A stretch of DNA of 64,000 nt from Klebsiella phage vB_KpM_FBKp24, in the sequence record MW394391.1; one strand, 5' to 3'. Below the pieces are notes generated by a model. The model ran no database searches. It saw only the letters and a program-made list of their open reading frames with translations, and was not told where the DNA came from. Position numbers and translations under genes: made by a program. Below, one piece after another: positions 46,153-55,173 of the stretch (its first letter is position 1; each line of letters opens with the position of its first letter).

Positions 46153-47247
46153 ATGATTTCAGCTTTTGAACTTCTCAACCGTCAGTCCGTTAAAACGTTC
46201 TTCCCTGGTCAACTTACCGTCCTTCGAGGGAATGCCGAATTAAACTTAAGAAACATTAAACGACATTACCTTAACAGTATTCGTGCAGTGGACAGTGACC
46301 ATATCCTGATACAGATACTACAACATCTTCCTACCCGATTAGATCTTGATGACGAACAGTATTATCGTTACTGTCATTCCGCCAGTAAATTGACTCATCG
46401 TGCACTAAATTTAAACACCGAAACTGTCTTGTCGGGGCGAGCCAGTAAAGCCTGGTTTTACGGTCAGGGCATTACCGAGTTTTACATTGTAGAAGAATCC
46501 GATTTACCGTATCGCTTCGACGCTAAAAATTACTGGCGTGCTCTGACCCCTGTACGGGTACTTTCCCATCCGTTAACCGGACTTTCGTTCAATGCGCGTG
46601 ACGGAAGTCCGTTCAGTAAAGAGAAAGGGTTTGCATTTATCTCGATCGACATCGGTCTTTTGGCTGTTCAGTACCGGCATTGGGAGCTTTACAACAACGG
46701 TACGGAAACTCAACAACACCCTGTCTCCATTAACCAATTCATTTACCAGTATCCTTTGGTCAACATGATTGAAGGAGATATGGATTTTTGTTTCTTTAAC
46801 CGGTTAAGATTAAAGAAAGGTTTCATTGAAGAAAATGATGACAAAGCACGACATGGTCTCGCTATCATGGATTTACGACCGATGACGGACCGGGTATGGG
46901 ATGACTGGTTACAACGTGCTCAAACTGCGCCTAGAAGATTTATAGATCTCCCGGCACAAATCCCAGAACTGTTTGCAGATACCCTACTGGAAAGGATTAC
47001 CTTCCCGGACATTTTGTTTAACCGTCAAAACTTGGGTATTTACACGCTGGCAAATTTACCATACCTAAGTACCCTGTCCCGCCTTTCCGGCGAAACAGGG
47101 TCAAAGGATAACGGGTCAGTTCAAACCCAACTAGAACGATGGTATAACCGTTTTGTAAACGGTAACTATTTCCTTCCTATTCATGGCATCAATCCTCAAG
47201 GTACTCTACAGGTTCTTTTGGACGAAGTGCTGACTCCACTTCGTTAA
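46153..47247 (+). CDS. hypothetical protein 364 aa
   Basis: Plus-strand ORF divergent from the chmA-like gene. Confidence 0.6.
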   Translation: MISAFELLNRQSVKTFFPGQLTVLRGNAELNLRNIKRHYLNSIRAVDSDHILIQILQHLPTRLDLDDEQYYRYCHSASKLTHRALNLNTETVLSGRASKAWFYGQGITEFYIVEESDLPYRFDAKNYWRALTPVRVLSHPLTGLSFNARDGSPFSKEKGFAFISIDIGLLAVQYRHWELYNNGTETQQHPVSINQFIYQYPLVNMIEGDMDFCFFNRLRLKKGFIEENDDKARHGLAIMDLRPMTDRVWDDWLQRAQTAPRRFIDLPAQIPELFADTLLERITFPDILFNRQNLGIYTLANLPYLSTLSRLSGETGSKDNGSVQTQLERWYNRFVNGNYFLPIHGINPQGTLQVLLDEVLTPLR

Positions 47248-49492
47248 AGTCCGAGAAAGCATCCTCACGAGGGATTTGATCGAAGATCAGTTTACTCTGG
47301 TCTTTATCGAAGAGATAATACTCCAACGATTCCAACACCAGGTAGAACGGTGACATGGCACTACCAATGATTTTACGGATATTAGTCGCCTCTAGGATGT
47401 CGCTTGGAATACCGATTGACATGACGATACTTTCTGGCAGCAGAATACGCCCGATATAGGGTTTATTTTTTGCTGCCAGAAATCTCCGCATCCGTTCCGC
47501 CATCTGCTGGTCTTTCCACTGAGTCAACCACTTCTCTGTTTTCTTTTTCGTGTCATGTACGATACTAAACGCCAAGGCCGAATATGGCGGTGGCTCGATT
47601 CGTCCAAATCGGGGCGCAAAAACTTCTTGCCAAAGTTCGTAGTTTAAATACGGCGTGTTTTGATCTTCTGTTTTCTTCGTGTACCCATCCTCTTCTTTAA
47701 CACGTGCCGCTTTCAGGTAGGTTGTTTCCCCTCTACGTATCGATTCGTAAATTGTATACTCCCACCGCGCCACCCATCTTAAATACTTCCCTAACTCTAA
47801 CGTTTCTCCGGCAGTAACTTTGTCAACAATTTCCTCAATCATCAGATCAAGGTCCTTACGGACGCCAGCCGGGGAGTTGGAAGCAATTAATTCCACGCCT
47901 TTCTTTTCACGGTCATGAATATAAACCCCTTCTTGTACGCGTTTATTAGCAGCGTAGTGTTTAGCGCGACTAGTGAGCATGAAGACAGGGAAAAGATATT
48001 CGTTCTTCATCGAGAGACGGAAGACTTCTTTTTCTTCCTGTACACCCATGTTAACCGTCATTGTGGCGAGGTTATGGGTGGTGGTCTGTGAAACCAGGAA
48101 AGCAATCCCCTCAGCAAGAACGATATTTTCCGGCGTTAAGAGATCGTTGTCCGAGTACCAACGAATCCAATCCTGCACCGTAAAAATCGCAGAGTCGGTA
48201 TCAGAACCAACACCAGCTCGCCGAACCGCATGTGGGAAATCAGAAATCAAGAAAGGGATATTTCTTGACATCAAGAAGGTGTCAATGATTTCTTTATATT
48301 TGTCCAAGGTATAGTAAATCGTGGCACAAGTTGATCCCAATTTCCAATAATCAGGATGTGCCTTAACATCGTCATGCCAAGGGTTGTTCTTCCCTATAAT
48401 TTCAGGAAACATAACGGTGATCTGCGCCATGGTATCTTCATCGACGTGTTTCATCCAGCCAATGTAGTCCTCAACCGGTTCACTGGCTGGCGTTACCAAA
48501 CCCCGAACAAGGTCTCTTACGAGCGCATCGTTAAATTGACGCAGATGGTAGAGATCGCCCATGTAAACGAAAGCTGCTCGTTCGTAATCGCTACATCCTC
48601 TAAGAAAACGACGAAGATTTTTATCGCCTCCTTCCGAACGCCAGTAGAGGTCAGAAGAATACGACAACACTCCCATAGTTTCTTCTAATGTCGGGATATG
48701 TAGCTTAAATTTGTCCACAGTTTCTTTTACTTTCGTCCAGTCGGTCAGTTCAAGAATACTGCTTAAATTTGCGTACAATACGTCAGGTCGCCAATAATGA
48801 CGACTACCAGATAGCAGGCGGTCATTATTCGAGTTTGCAATCCCATTAGCGATACGACAACAACTGGTTAATACCGGGTGCGTTGACCTGTCGTATAACG
48901 GAGAATGCTCAGAACGGTGGTTGCCGGAGATGGCGTTATTCAGGATCTTTTTGTTGTTCTGATTATTGTTGTGGAAAGTGGCTTTGATCGTGTTACCTAC
49001 TTTCTTTGCTTCAAACATCTCGTGCTTTTCAGCAGAGCGCTTCTTTAAGTTACCTTTAATGTATTCAGACAGCAACGATAATTTTTGGTGCGGTGGCAAT
49101 ACCACGGTAAAGGTTGGTGCCATTAACCATTCATTCTCTAAAATATCCGAGAGGTATTTAGAGAACGGAATCATAATCGGTGATTGGTCTAAATTCTCGT
49201 CTCGCTCCAACATGCAGAAAGTCGGGTCAACTAATCCTGTCTCTGGATTGTTTAATTCGTCGATCACAAACTGACGACATTCTTCAAATGGACGACCCGT
49301 GCTTCTCTGGATGAATAAAGCGGTTTGAATAACGTATGATTCATGTACGCCAAGATCGCGTTTATAATCTTTTGCTGTGCGAGTAAAAGGGTTGGCTACT
49401 TTCACGTTACAATCCTTAGATAGAGGTTTCTCTACAGGAATAATCCGAACACTGAAAAAAGAAAAAAAAAGACGATAACTTTCTCTCTGCAA
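47189..49492 (-). CDS. large conserved hypothetical protein 767 aa (contains a GVGSDTDSAIF motif; candidate nucleic-acid polymerase-related enzyme)
   Basis: GSDTDS resembles family-B polymerase motif C, but the other motifs are not in canonical order. Function left open. Confidence 0.55.
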   Translation of the reverse strand: MQRESYRLFFSFFSVRIIPVEKPLSKDCNVKVANPFTRTAKDYKRDLGVHESYVIQTALFIQRSTGRPFEECRQFVIDELNNPETGLVDPTFCMLERDENLDQSPIMIPFSKYLSDILENEWLMAPTFTVVLPPHQKLSLLSEYIKGNLKKRSAEKHEMFEAKKVGNTIKATFHNNNQNNKKILNNAISGNHRSEHSPLYDRSTHPVLTSCCRIANGIANSNNDRLLSGSRHYWRPDVLYANLSSILELTDWTKVKETVDKFKLHIPTLEETMGVLSYSSDLYWRSEGGDKNLRRFLRGCSDYERAAFVYMGDLYHLRQFNDALVRDLVRGLVTPASEPVEDYIGWMKHVDEDTMAQITVMFPEIIGKNNPWHDDVKAHPDYWKLGSTCATIYYTLDKYKEIIDTFLMSRNIPFLISDFPHAVRRAGVGSDTDSAIFTVQDWIRWYSDNDLLTPENIVLAEGIAFLVSQTTTHNLATMTVNMGVQEEKEVFRLSMKNEYLFPVFMLTSRAKHYAANKRVQEGVYIHDREKKGVELIASNSPAGVRKDLDLMIEEIVDKVTAGETLELGKYLRWVARWEYTIYESIRRGETTYLKAARVKEEDGYTKKTEDQNTPYLNYELWQEVFAPRFGRIEPPPYSALAFSIVHDTKKKTEKWLTQWKDQQMAERMRRFLAAKNKPYIGRILLPESIVMSIGIPSDILEATNIRKIIGSAMSPFYLVLESLEYYLFDKDQSKLIFDQIPREDAFSDFNEVESALRPKEPVEYLED

Positions 49493-49516
49493 CCGAAGGG
49501 TTGCAGAGAGAAAGGT

Positions 49517-49960
49517 TTAACTCGTGGTGATTGTGAAGTTATTGAAACCTGCTGCGCTGATGGCCAACCGAATCTTCTCAATGTCACCAGTGCCAATACC
49601 AGGAATAAGCACAGTAGCATTGACGGTGTCCACAACAACGATAGTATCGACTTTGATCCACGGAAGACCAATAACGCGCTCGGTACCGTCTTCAAGTTTC
49701 AGTACTAACCAGTTGTAAGAGCGAGCATTGTCTTCTACTGTTCCTGATGGAAGAAGCGGGTAAACTTTAGCGTGTTCCGCTTCTGGATCAATGCCGAATT
49801 TAGTTGCGCCCCGTGCCGAAACGATGTCGGTAGGAACGGCGTTTCTGAAGACGTCGCCGTATAATGCTGAAGGGTATACCTGGAATGTAACGGTCGCGTT
49901 TAACGTGAATTTACCGAGTATCAAATCAGTCGTCGCCATGTGCATTTCCTTTTGTGTCAA
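49517..49960 (-). CDS. hypothetical protein 147 aa (first gene of small-gene array)
   Basis: ORF with a strong terminator upstream (49456-49515). Confidence 0.5.
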   Translation of the reverse strand: MTQKEMHMATTDLILGKFTLNATVTFQVYPSALYGDVFRNAVPTDIVSARGATKFGIDPEAEHAKVYPLLPSGTVEDNARSYNWLVLKLEDGTERVIGLPWIKVDTIVVVDTVNATVLIPGIGTGDIEKIRLAISAAGFNNFTITTS

Positions 49961-50300
49961 AAGTCAGAAGAAGGGACAGAGAATCGTAAAACTCAATGTC
50001 TACATAACGAAGGTTGGTTCGCTCCGTTAATTCGGTACATAACTCGGCCAGCGCAATCCCTGTCTGGTAGAGAGCACCGGTAATACTAACATATTCAATG
50101 TTTGGCTTACCGGTACGTAACACTGTGTCGAGTATTTCTAAGACCGACTTACGTGCTTCCTCTTTGACGAATTCAACATCTACCACCTCATCGTCGTCAT
50201 TCTCCCCCTGCGTCTCTTCCAATAGTTCCTGGTAAAAGTAACTATAGATAATAGGTAGACGTATAGGGGAGGAGAGAACTTTTATTTTCATGTTCTTCAA
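49926..50300 (-). CDS. hypothetical acidic protein 124 aa (array)
   Basis: ORF only. Overlaps its neighbours. Confidence 0.45.
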   Translation of the reverse strand: MKNMKIKVLSSPIRLPIIYSYFYQELLEETQGENDDDEVVDVEFVKEEARKSVLEILDTVLRTGKPNIEYVSITGALYQTGIALAELCTELTERTNLRYVDIEFYDSLSLLLTFDTKGNAHGDD

Positions 50301-50670
50301 TCCTTAAAGCAAGAGAATGACTTCCGGTGTAAAGGAACAAATTCTCCAGCGTGTATGAATCAGTCAATAGGAAAGGGAGGGTCTTCTCAAACTCTCTTAA
50401 TAGACGCCGGTGTAGGCAATCGTAGTTTTCGAGTATCAATTCCACCGCATAATCAATAGACGCGCTATCGCTGGAAACGATTCGATTCCGCAATATGTCA
50501 GGATGCATCACCATCTCTAATGGCTGTAAGATATCTTCAACAAACAACGATGAAAACTCCCTCGGCGTAACCCAAGCACTTTTCGGAAAGTTATCGAGTA
50601 TAGCTCCCATCCCCGAGTAAAAGGTTCTGCAAGGCAAGACGGCCAGAACAGAGGGAGGTTTTGTTACCAT
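50242..50670 (-). CDS. hypothetical protein 142 aa (array; start may be internal)
   Basis: ORF only. Confidence 0.45.
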   Translation of the reverse strand: MVTKPPSVLAVLPCRTFYSGMGAILDNFPKSAWVTPREFSSLFVEDILQPLEMVMHPDILRNRIVSSDSASIDYAVELILENYDCLHRRLLREFEKTLPFLLTDSYTLENLFLYTGSHSLALRIEEHENKSSLLPYTSTYYL

Positions 50671-51128
50671 GTCTCTCTCTCCAAATCATTCAGGACAAAA
50701 GAAACTGTGTCATTACGTAACAGAACGTCATCGATCATTGTGTTGTCGTTATAACGCAGCTCACGTGACTTAAATGTATTGAGTAGGTCGTAAGCAATCA
50801 CTTCGGCCATATCTTCAATATAACATGTGAGCTTGTACCGATCTGACGCCGAAAGGAGATGAATTTCGTTGTCCGTATCGTCTCTGTTGACAAAGTAAAG
50901 ATCAAGGAAGTCATCTAAACGCTCCGCGGCTTCTTGGTGCGACAAAAAACGTGCGTCCAAGACAAAAGTAATGACCGCCAACATAAAGTCCACTACCTCA
51001 AAACTGATCGTCTTGTCTGATTTCCCTCGTATGAGAGGGGAGATGTAGCGGTCGTAGTAAAGGAAAAGGTTTCGTGCAGGCCAATCTTTCACATTGAAGA
51101 TAACAATCGTGCGATGATATTTGCCCAT
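50664..51128 (-). CDS. hypothetical protein 154 aa (array)
   Basis: ORF only. Confidence 0.5.
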   Translation of the reverse strand: MGKYHRTIVIFNVKDWPARNLFLYYDRYISPLIRGKSDKTISFEVVDFMLAVITFVLDARFLSHQEAAERLDDFLDLYFVNRDDTDNEIHLLSASDRYKLTCYIEDMAEVIAYDLLNTFKSRELRYNDNTMIDDVLLRNDTVSFVLNDLERETW

Positions 51129-51136
51129 GGTTGTGT

Positions 51137-51589
51137 TTACCCTAAAAATGTTGTAACGCGAAAAAATATCCCGAACGATTTAACTTCGAAATAATCTATT
51201 CTCGGTGACGCTTCAAAGTGGTCCCGAATTTCATGTCGATAATACTGATAGAATAACAAAGAAAGTTCTTCAGCGCTTTCAATCAGTTCATCTGTAGTGA
51301 GATCTGATAACTTCGCATTCGGGTAACCCCGAATAAAATCCTTTATCTCACGCTCCCAGAAAGGTGTAAACTCGGAGATTACCACCGTGCGTTTATAATC
51401 AATGATCAAATCAAAGATCAGTTGAATAATTAAACGCCGATATAAAATATCGCAGTATGATAGTTCGTGTAAAACCGCCGCTACCTTCGTCCGATAAGGG
51501 AGAACAAAGGTTCGTAATTGGGTCTGACGGAATTCGTCGCCGTTAATGAACGACTGTGACATACAACGTCCTCCCAATGAGCTTAACAT
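51137..51589 (-). CDS. hypothetical protein 150 aa (array)
   Basis: ORF only. Confidence 0.5.
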   Translation of the reverse strand: MLSSLGGRCMSQSFINGDEFRQTQLRTFVLPYRTKVAAVLHELSYCDILYRRLIIQLIFDLIIDYKRTVVISEFTPFWEREIKDFIRGYPNAKLSDLTTDELIESAEELSLLFYQYYRHEIRDHFEASPRIDYFEVKSFGIFFRVTTFLG

Positions 51590-51956
51590 TCTTGAGTTGA
51601 TTCGGATGTTCGATCAAAGAACTTAATTCACGCGTTTTAAACGAAAGTCGCGATGCCAATAACTGAATGTCAATATAGAACATAGCTCCCAGATCGTCCT
51701 TAAACGAAGGGTCTAAGTACTCCATTCCATCCGAGGAAAAGATAAGATCCAATATCTTTTCTGTTTCTTCGCCCGCCTTGAAAAAGAATGGCATTGAATA
51801 CCCACCCCGCAAGCGAGAAAGAGAATATAAAAACACCGGGAGAATAATCTCCCGGCGGTCAGTAGAATAGCGTTTTTCTATCTTATTCAGATCAGGTGTG
51901 TTCCAATTAAGATCGTAAACAAATGTCTTTGAACAAGCTGATGGATCGTTGATCAC
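51543..51956 (-). CDS. hypothetical protein 137 aa (array)
   Basis: ORF only. Confidence 0.45.
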   Translation of the reverse strand: MINDPSACSKTFVYDLNWNTPDLNKIEKRYSTDRREIILPVFLYSLSRLRGGYSMPFFFKAGEETEKILDLIFSSDGMEYLDPSFKDDLGAMFYIDIQLLASRLSFKTRELSSLIEHPNQLKNVKLIGRTLYVTVVH

Positions 51957-52320
51957 TACTGACCTCCCATTGATAGTAATCGATTAGTCGGTCAGTGAGT
52001 CTTACTTGTAAAAAATCACTGACCGTTGACTGAACCGACGAGAGAAACGCGTCGGTATCCGAGACGCTTAATTCCGGGGAAGAAAAGTATTGTAACATTC
52101 TCCCTTCCGAACTGGAATAACCAAAGATGGTTTTTTCTAATACGTGTAAAAGCAGCATCGGGAAAGCTTCCCCGAATGTCATGGGTTCGAAGCCTTCTTC
52201 AAAAAAGCGATAGTAAACGTTCCTTAGCTTCCCGCGGAGTTGTTCGATGTCAATAATAACTCGCACGAGCCTCACGTTTCTCTCGCTGAATTCGTTCCCA
52301 GTCCCGGATTCGCCAATCAC
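51907..52320 (-). CDS. hypothetical protein 137 aa (array)
   Basis: ORF only. Confidence 0.45.
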   Translation of the reverse strand: MIGESGTGNEFSERNVRLVRVIIDIEQLRGKLRNVYYRFFEEGFEPMTFGEAFPMLLLHVLEKTIFGYSSSEGRMLQYFSSPELSVSDTDAFLSSVQSTVSDFLQVRLTDRLIDYYQWEVSSDQRSISLFKDICLRS

Positions 52321-52753
52321 CCATATTCTCCAAAATTAAACAGTTGCTCCTGACTTCCAGTACACGAATCTCTTCCCAGTGCTTATCCTTACGAATCTCA
52401 CAGTCTTTAAAATACTCCAGACAGAAGATAATAAAAACATCAATGACTTCACGGTAAAGTTCTTGAGAAGGTTCGTCGCAGATTTCTTCGTTATTCTTAC
52501 CGAACCCTATCGGTTCCAGTGTATAACCCTTAAACCATGTTCTGATTGCACCATCATCGTCCCAACATTCCCATGGGAAGAGAGCTTCTCGGTTGATGGC
52601 GTTCCAGAAGATACGTAAAGCACTTTCTTTTAGATCTTCTACTGTGACTCGTTCATTGGCATGGACGTCAATTATACGATAATGCTCGCGCGCATAACGT
52701 AAGATTGATGAGAGTCGTCTCGCAAGGTAATCAATGTCAATAACATAACGCAT
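52250..52753 (-). CDS. hypothetical protein 167 aa (array)
   Basis: ORF only. Confidence 0.5.
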   Translation of the reverse strand: MRYVIDIDYLARRLSSILRYAREHYRIIDVHANERVTVEDLKESALRIFWNAINREALFPWECWDDDGAIRTWFKGYTLEPIGFGKNNEEICDEPSQELYREVIDVFIIFCLEYFKDCEIRKDKHWEEIRVLEVRSNCLILENMGDWRIRDWERIQREKREARASYY

Positions 52754-52764
52754 AACGGTCGCCT

Positions 52765-53169
52765 TTATTGATAAACAATGTATTTACGAGAGTCAATCAT
52801 TTCCGTAAAGAACTCGCCCGGATAAATATAGTTTTGCCACTGTTCACGCAATTTGCGTAAAATAGATTCCATCGTACCATTTTTAGTCATGAGCGTAATT
52901 TCTTCCTGTAAAGCCATGTAGAACGTAAGCTGGTCCCTGTAGTACGGGTCATCGGGAATGGTTTCGAAATCGTTTTCTAACGGGTCGATATAATTTTGGT
53001 AATAAACTTCAATAAAGAGGGTTCGATAGTCAATCTTACCTCCCTCCTCCCAATGGTAAGCTGTTGTTAAAAACGTCTCAATAATCTGGTTTCGCCAGAT
53101 GCCCTGATACCCGTCCGAGAAGAGTTTGAGTGAGTAAGGTATCTCGAAGACGTATTTTTTAGTGTGCAT
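52765..53169 (-). CDS. hypothetical protein 134 aa (array)
   Basis: ORF only. Confidence 0.5.
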   Translation of the reverse strand: MHTKKYVFEIPYSLKLFSDGYQGIWRNQIIETFLTTAYHWEEGGKIDYRTLFIEVYYQNYIDPLENDFETIPDDPYYRDQLTFYMALQEEITLMTKNGTMESILRKLREQWQNYIYPGEFFTEMIDSRKYIVYQ

Positions 53170-53483
53170 AGATCGGGATTCCTCTGATAAAACTCGTCAT
53201 CGTCGACCCAGATAAACAAGGCCCGATTCCTTAGGTCCAATGATAGGACGTTTAAAATATTAACAGGGAGTTTAAGAGGAATCCCACCATATTCTTTCTC
53301 GAGCATTCTTGCTACCTGCCATACTTTGTCGGTTTCAAGCGTATTGTTCTCTAAGATGTAGTGTTCCGGTAGAACGACCCCGTATACTCGATCCAACCAG
53401 AAAGACAAAACTTGTTTCCGGTAATAATCGGGCATCGTAGGGGTCATCTCCAGAAAGCGATTAATGTCTACGATTATCAACAA
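53067..53483 (-). CDS. hypothetical protein about 138 aa (array; overlaps the previous ORF by ~100 nt, so its start is uncertain)
   Basis: ORF only. Confidence 0.35.
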   Translation of the reverse strand: MLIIVDINRFLEMTPTMPDYYRKQVLSFWLDRVYGVVLPEHYILENNTLETDKVWQVARMLEKEYGGIPLKLPVNILNVLSLDLRNRALFIWVDDDEFYQRNPDLCTLKNTSSRYLTHSNSSRTGIRASGETRLLRRF

Positions 53484-53873
53484 TTACCTTTCCTCCAGAA
53501 TAATTTCGAATTCGTCTTGATTGATTCTAAAATCCCGCACTTGATAGTATCCTGGAATTTGGCCCATAGACTCAAATAACGCACTGAGCTCTTCCTCCTT
53601 ATCGTTGACTCGGTTGAAGACGTCATGAATCATTGTTTCAAAATCGAGCGTTTTATCTACACTGATTCTGTTCGTCGGACATACACGGTCAGTCAAGAAA
53701 TAGATAGCTCTGGCCCAATGCTCACGGTTCCGGTAATGGAACCATGTCATCCATGTCGCATAGAAGATTTCCGCCTGAGTGAAGAGAAATGGGTAGGGGG
53801 CGGTTATCCAGAAAAAAACTTTTGGTATTGTCCCTTTAATTTTGATTGTCGATTCTGGAGTCCTGTAATTCAT
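53484..53873 (-). CDS. hypothetical protein 129 aa (last/first gene of array, Trp/Tyr-rich)
   Basis: ORF with two upstream motifs (53951-53985). Confidence 0.5.
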   Translation of the reverse strand: MNYRTPESTIKIKGTIPKVFFWITAPYPFLFTQAEIFYATWMTWFHYRNREHWARAIYFLTDRVCPTNRISVDKTLDFETMIHDVFNRVNDKEEELSALFESMGQIPGYYQVRDFRINQDEFEIILEER

Positions 53874-53974
53874 TCTAAGCCTCTTTTTGCTTCAACTATA
53901 CATTCCCCTTCAAATAAATAGAAAAGCTCGTACAAAGCGATTATAGGAGCCTTATACGACATCTTATCAATAGG

Positions 53975-53985
53975 GTGATATATAC
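53975..53985 (-). promoter_or_regulatory. promoter-like motif GTGATATATAC, with a second shared motif CTTATACGAC at 53951-53960
   Basis: Conserved motif. The CCTTATACGAC 11-mer recurs upstream of the PhuZ gene (55137-55147). Confidence 0.4.
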
Positions 53986-54119
53986 TTTACTGAAATTCGA
54001 CAAACATAATCTCTCTGGACTTACGCCCAGAGAGAAAATAAAAAGACGGAGTGGGAAACCCCCACTCCGTAGATGACTTAAGCGAATGAAGCAGCTAAAA
54101 ATGTCGTACATAGAATGGA

Positions 54120-55088
54120 TTAGAATTCCATTCCATCGCCTTGCGTGTCACCCTGAATAAAGCTCTGCACTGCGACTGACTTTTTATCCCTTGCCATCCG
54201 GCGTTGTTCAAAGTCGTCGTAGGTTTTACGGAGGTCCGTCAGAATTTCATTCAAACCGTGAGTATGGATGAGGAAGTAAAGGGAATCTTCCCCTGACCGT
54301 TTACGTGAACCGTAGGTGTTGTAGTCAGCAGGAATAGTCCCGGTTGTGGGTTTATTGTCACCGTAAAGTTCCGCAACTGAGATGGGGGCGGTTACCTCCA
54401 ATGCGTCTTCTCGGTCCTGGAAAACTTCCAACAGTCCCAGCTCCGGTCGTACGCCTGCGCCAATCACTGGGCGTGCCCAAGTGAGGACGTCTGCTGAATC
54501 GAGACCGTGGTGTTTACCTGAATAGAGATCGAGGACTGCGCGAATGGTGGCAATCATAATCGCATCGACTTCTGCATTACGAACGTTGTTTTCGTTACTT
54601 TCAAACGCCACGTTCGCAAACTGATTGTTTTTGATCGCGATATTACGAATAGACGAAATAGTCTTCATCGTGTTTTCGGTTGTTTTCGCCGATTCGGTAG
54701 ATCCCACTAAAAAGACCAGAACGGCTTTCCCTTGGGCGTAGAGCCCCTCGATGAGTTTAGGGCCAATTACGGAGCCCGATCCACCGGACGCTGAAAAGAT
54801 CAGGATGTTCAGTTCTGAAGGTTTGAGTTTCAGAAGAATGTCGCTGATACTACGATCGGTAACGTCATAGTTAGTTTTACGGATTTTACCCGCGCCATCA
54901 ACCCCTTCCAGAAAATACCATTTATCTTGATCGACAACGGTGCGCTCAGAAACATTAGAACGGCTACCGTCAACGTAAGCCTCTCTTACGTTTGCCAGAT
55001 CCGATAGATCAGTACGCATCAGCTTGGTGAGGATGTCAATTCCCGCCCCGCCGGCACCGTAGATAGTTACTGTGTTATTCGACGACAT
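54120..55088 (-). CDS. phuZ: PhuZ phage tubulin/FtsZ-family GTPase
   Basis: VTIYGAGGAGIDILTKL (nucleotide-binding N-terminus), the tubulin signature SASGGSGSVIGPKL (compare PhuZ SLGGGSGSVLGP), VGSTES, about 320 aa. Strong AAGGAG RBS. Confidence 0.8.
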   Translation of the reverse strand: MSSNNTVTIYGAGGAGIDILTKLMRTDLSDLANVREAYVDGSRSNVSERTVVDQDKWYFLEGVDGAGKIRKTNYDVTDRSISDILLKLKPSELNILIFSASGGSGSVIGPKLIEGLYAQGKAVLVFLVGSTESAKTTENTMKTISSIRNIAIKNNQFANVAFESNENNVRNAEVDAIMIATIRAVLDLYSGKHHGLDSADVLTWARPVIGAGVRPELGLLEVFQDREDALEVTAPISVAELYGDNKPTTGTIPADYNTYGSRKRSGEDSLYFLIHTHGLNEILTDLRKTYDDFEQRRMARDKKSVAVQSFIQGDTQGDGMEF

Positions 55089-55173
55089 AATACAGATACT
55101 CCTTATGTTAAGCCAAAATAGCTCTTGTCATAATACCTTATACGACGTCGTAAAATAATCGAGGGAGAAGAAA

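Noticed and set aside
47189-49492. Calling the 767-aa protein a family B DNA polymerase
   Set aside because: Only the motif C-like GSDTDS is convincing. The motif A- and B-like segments are in the wrong order, so the call is left open.
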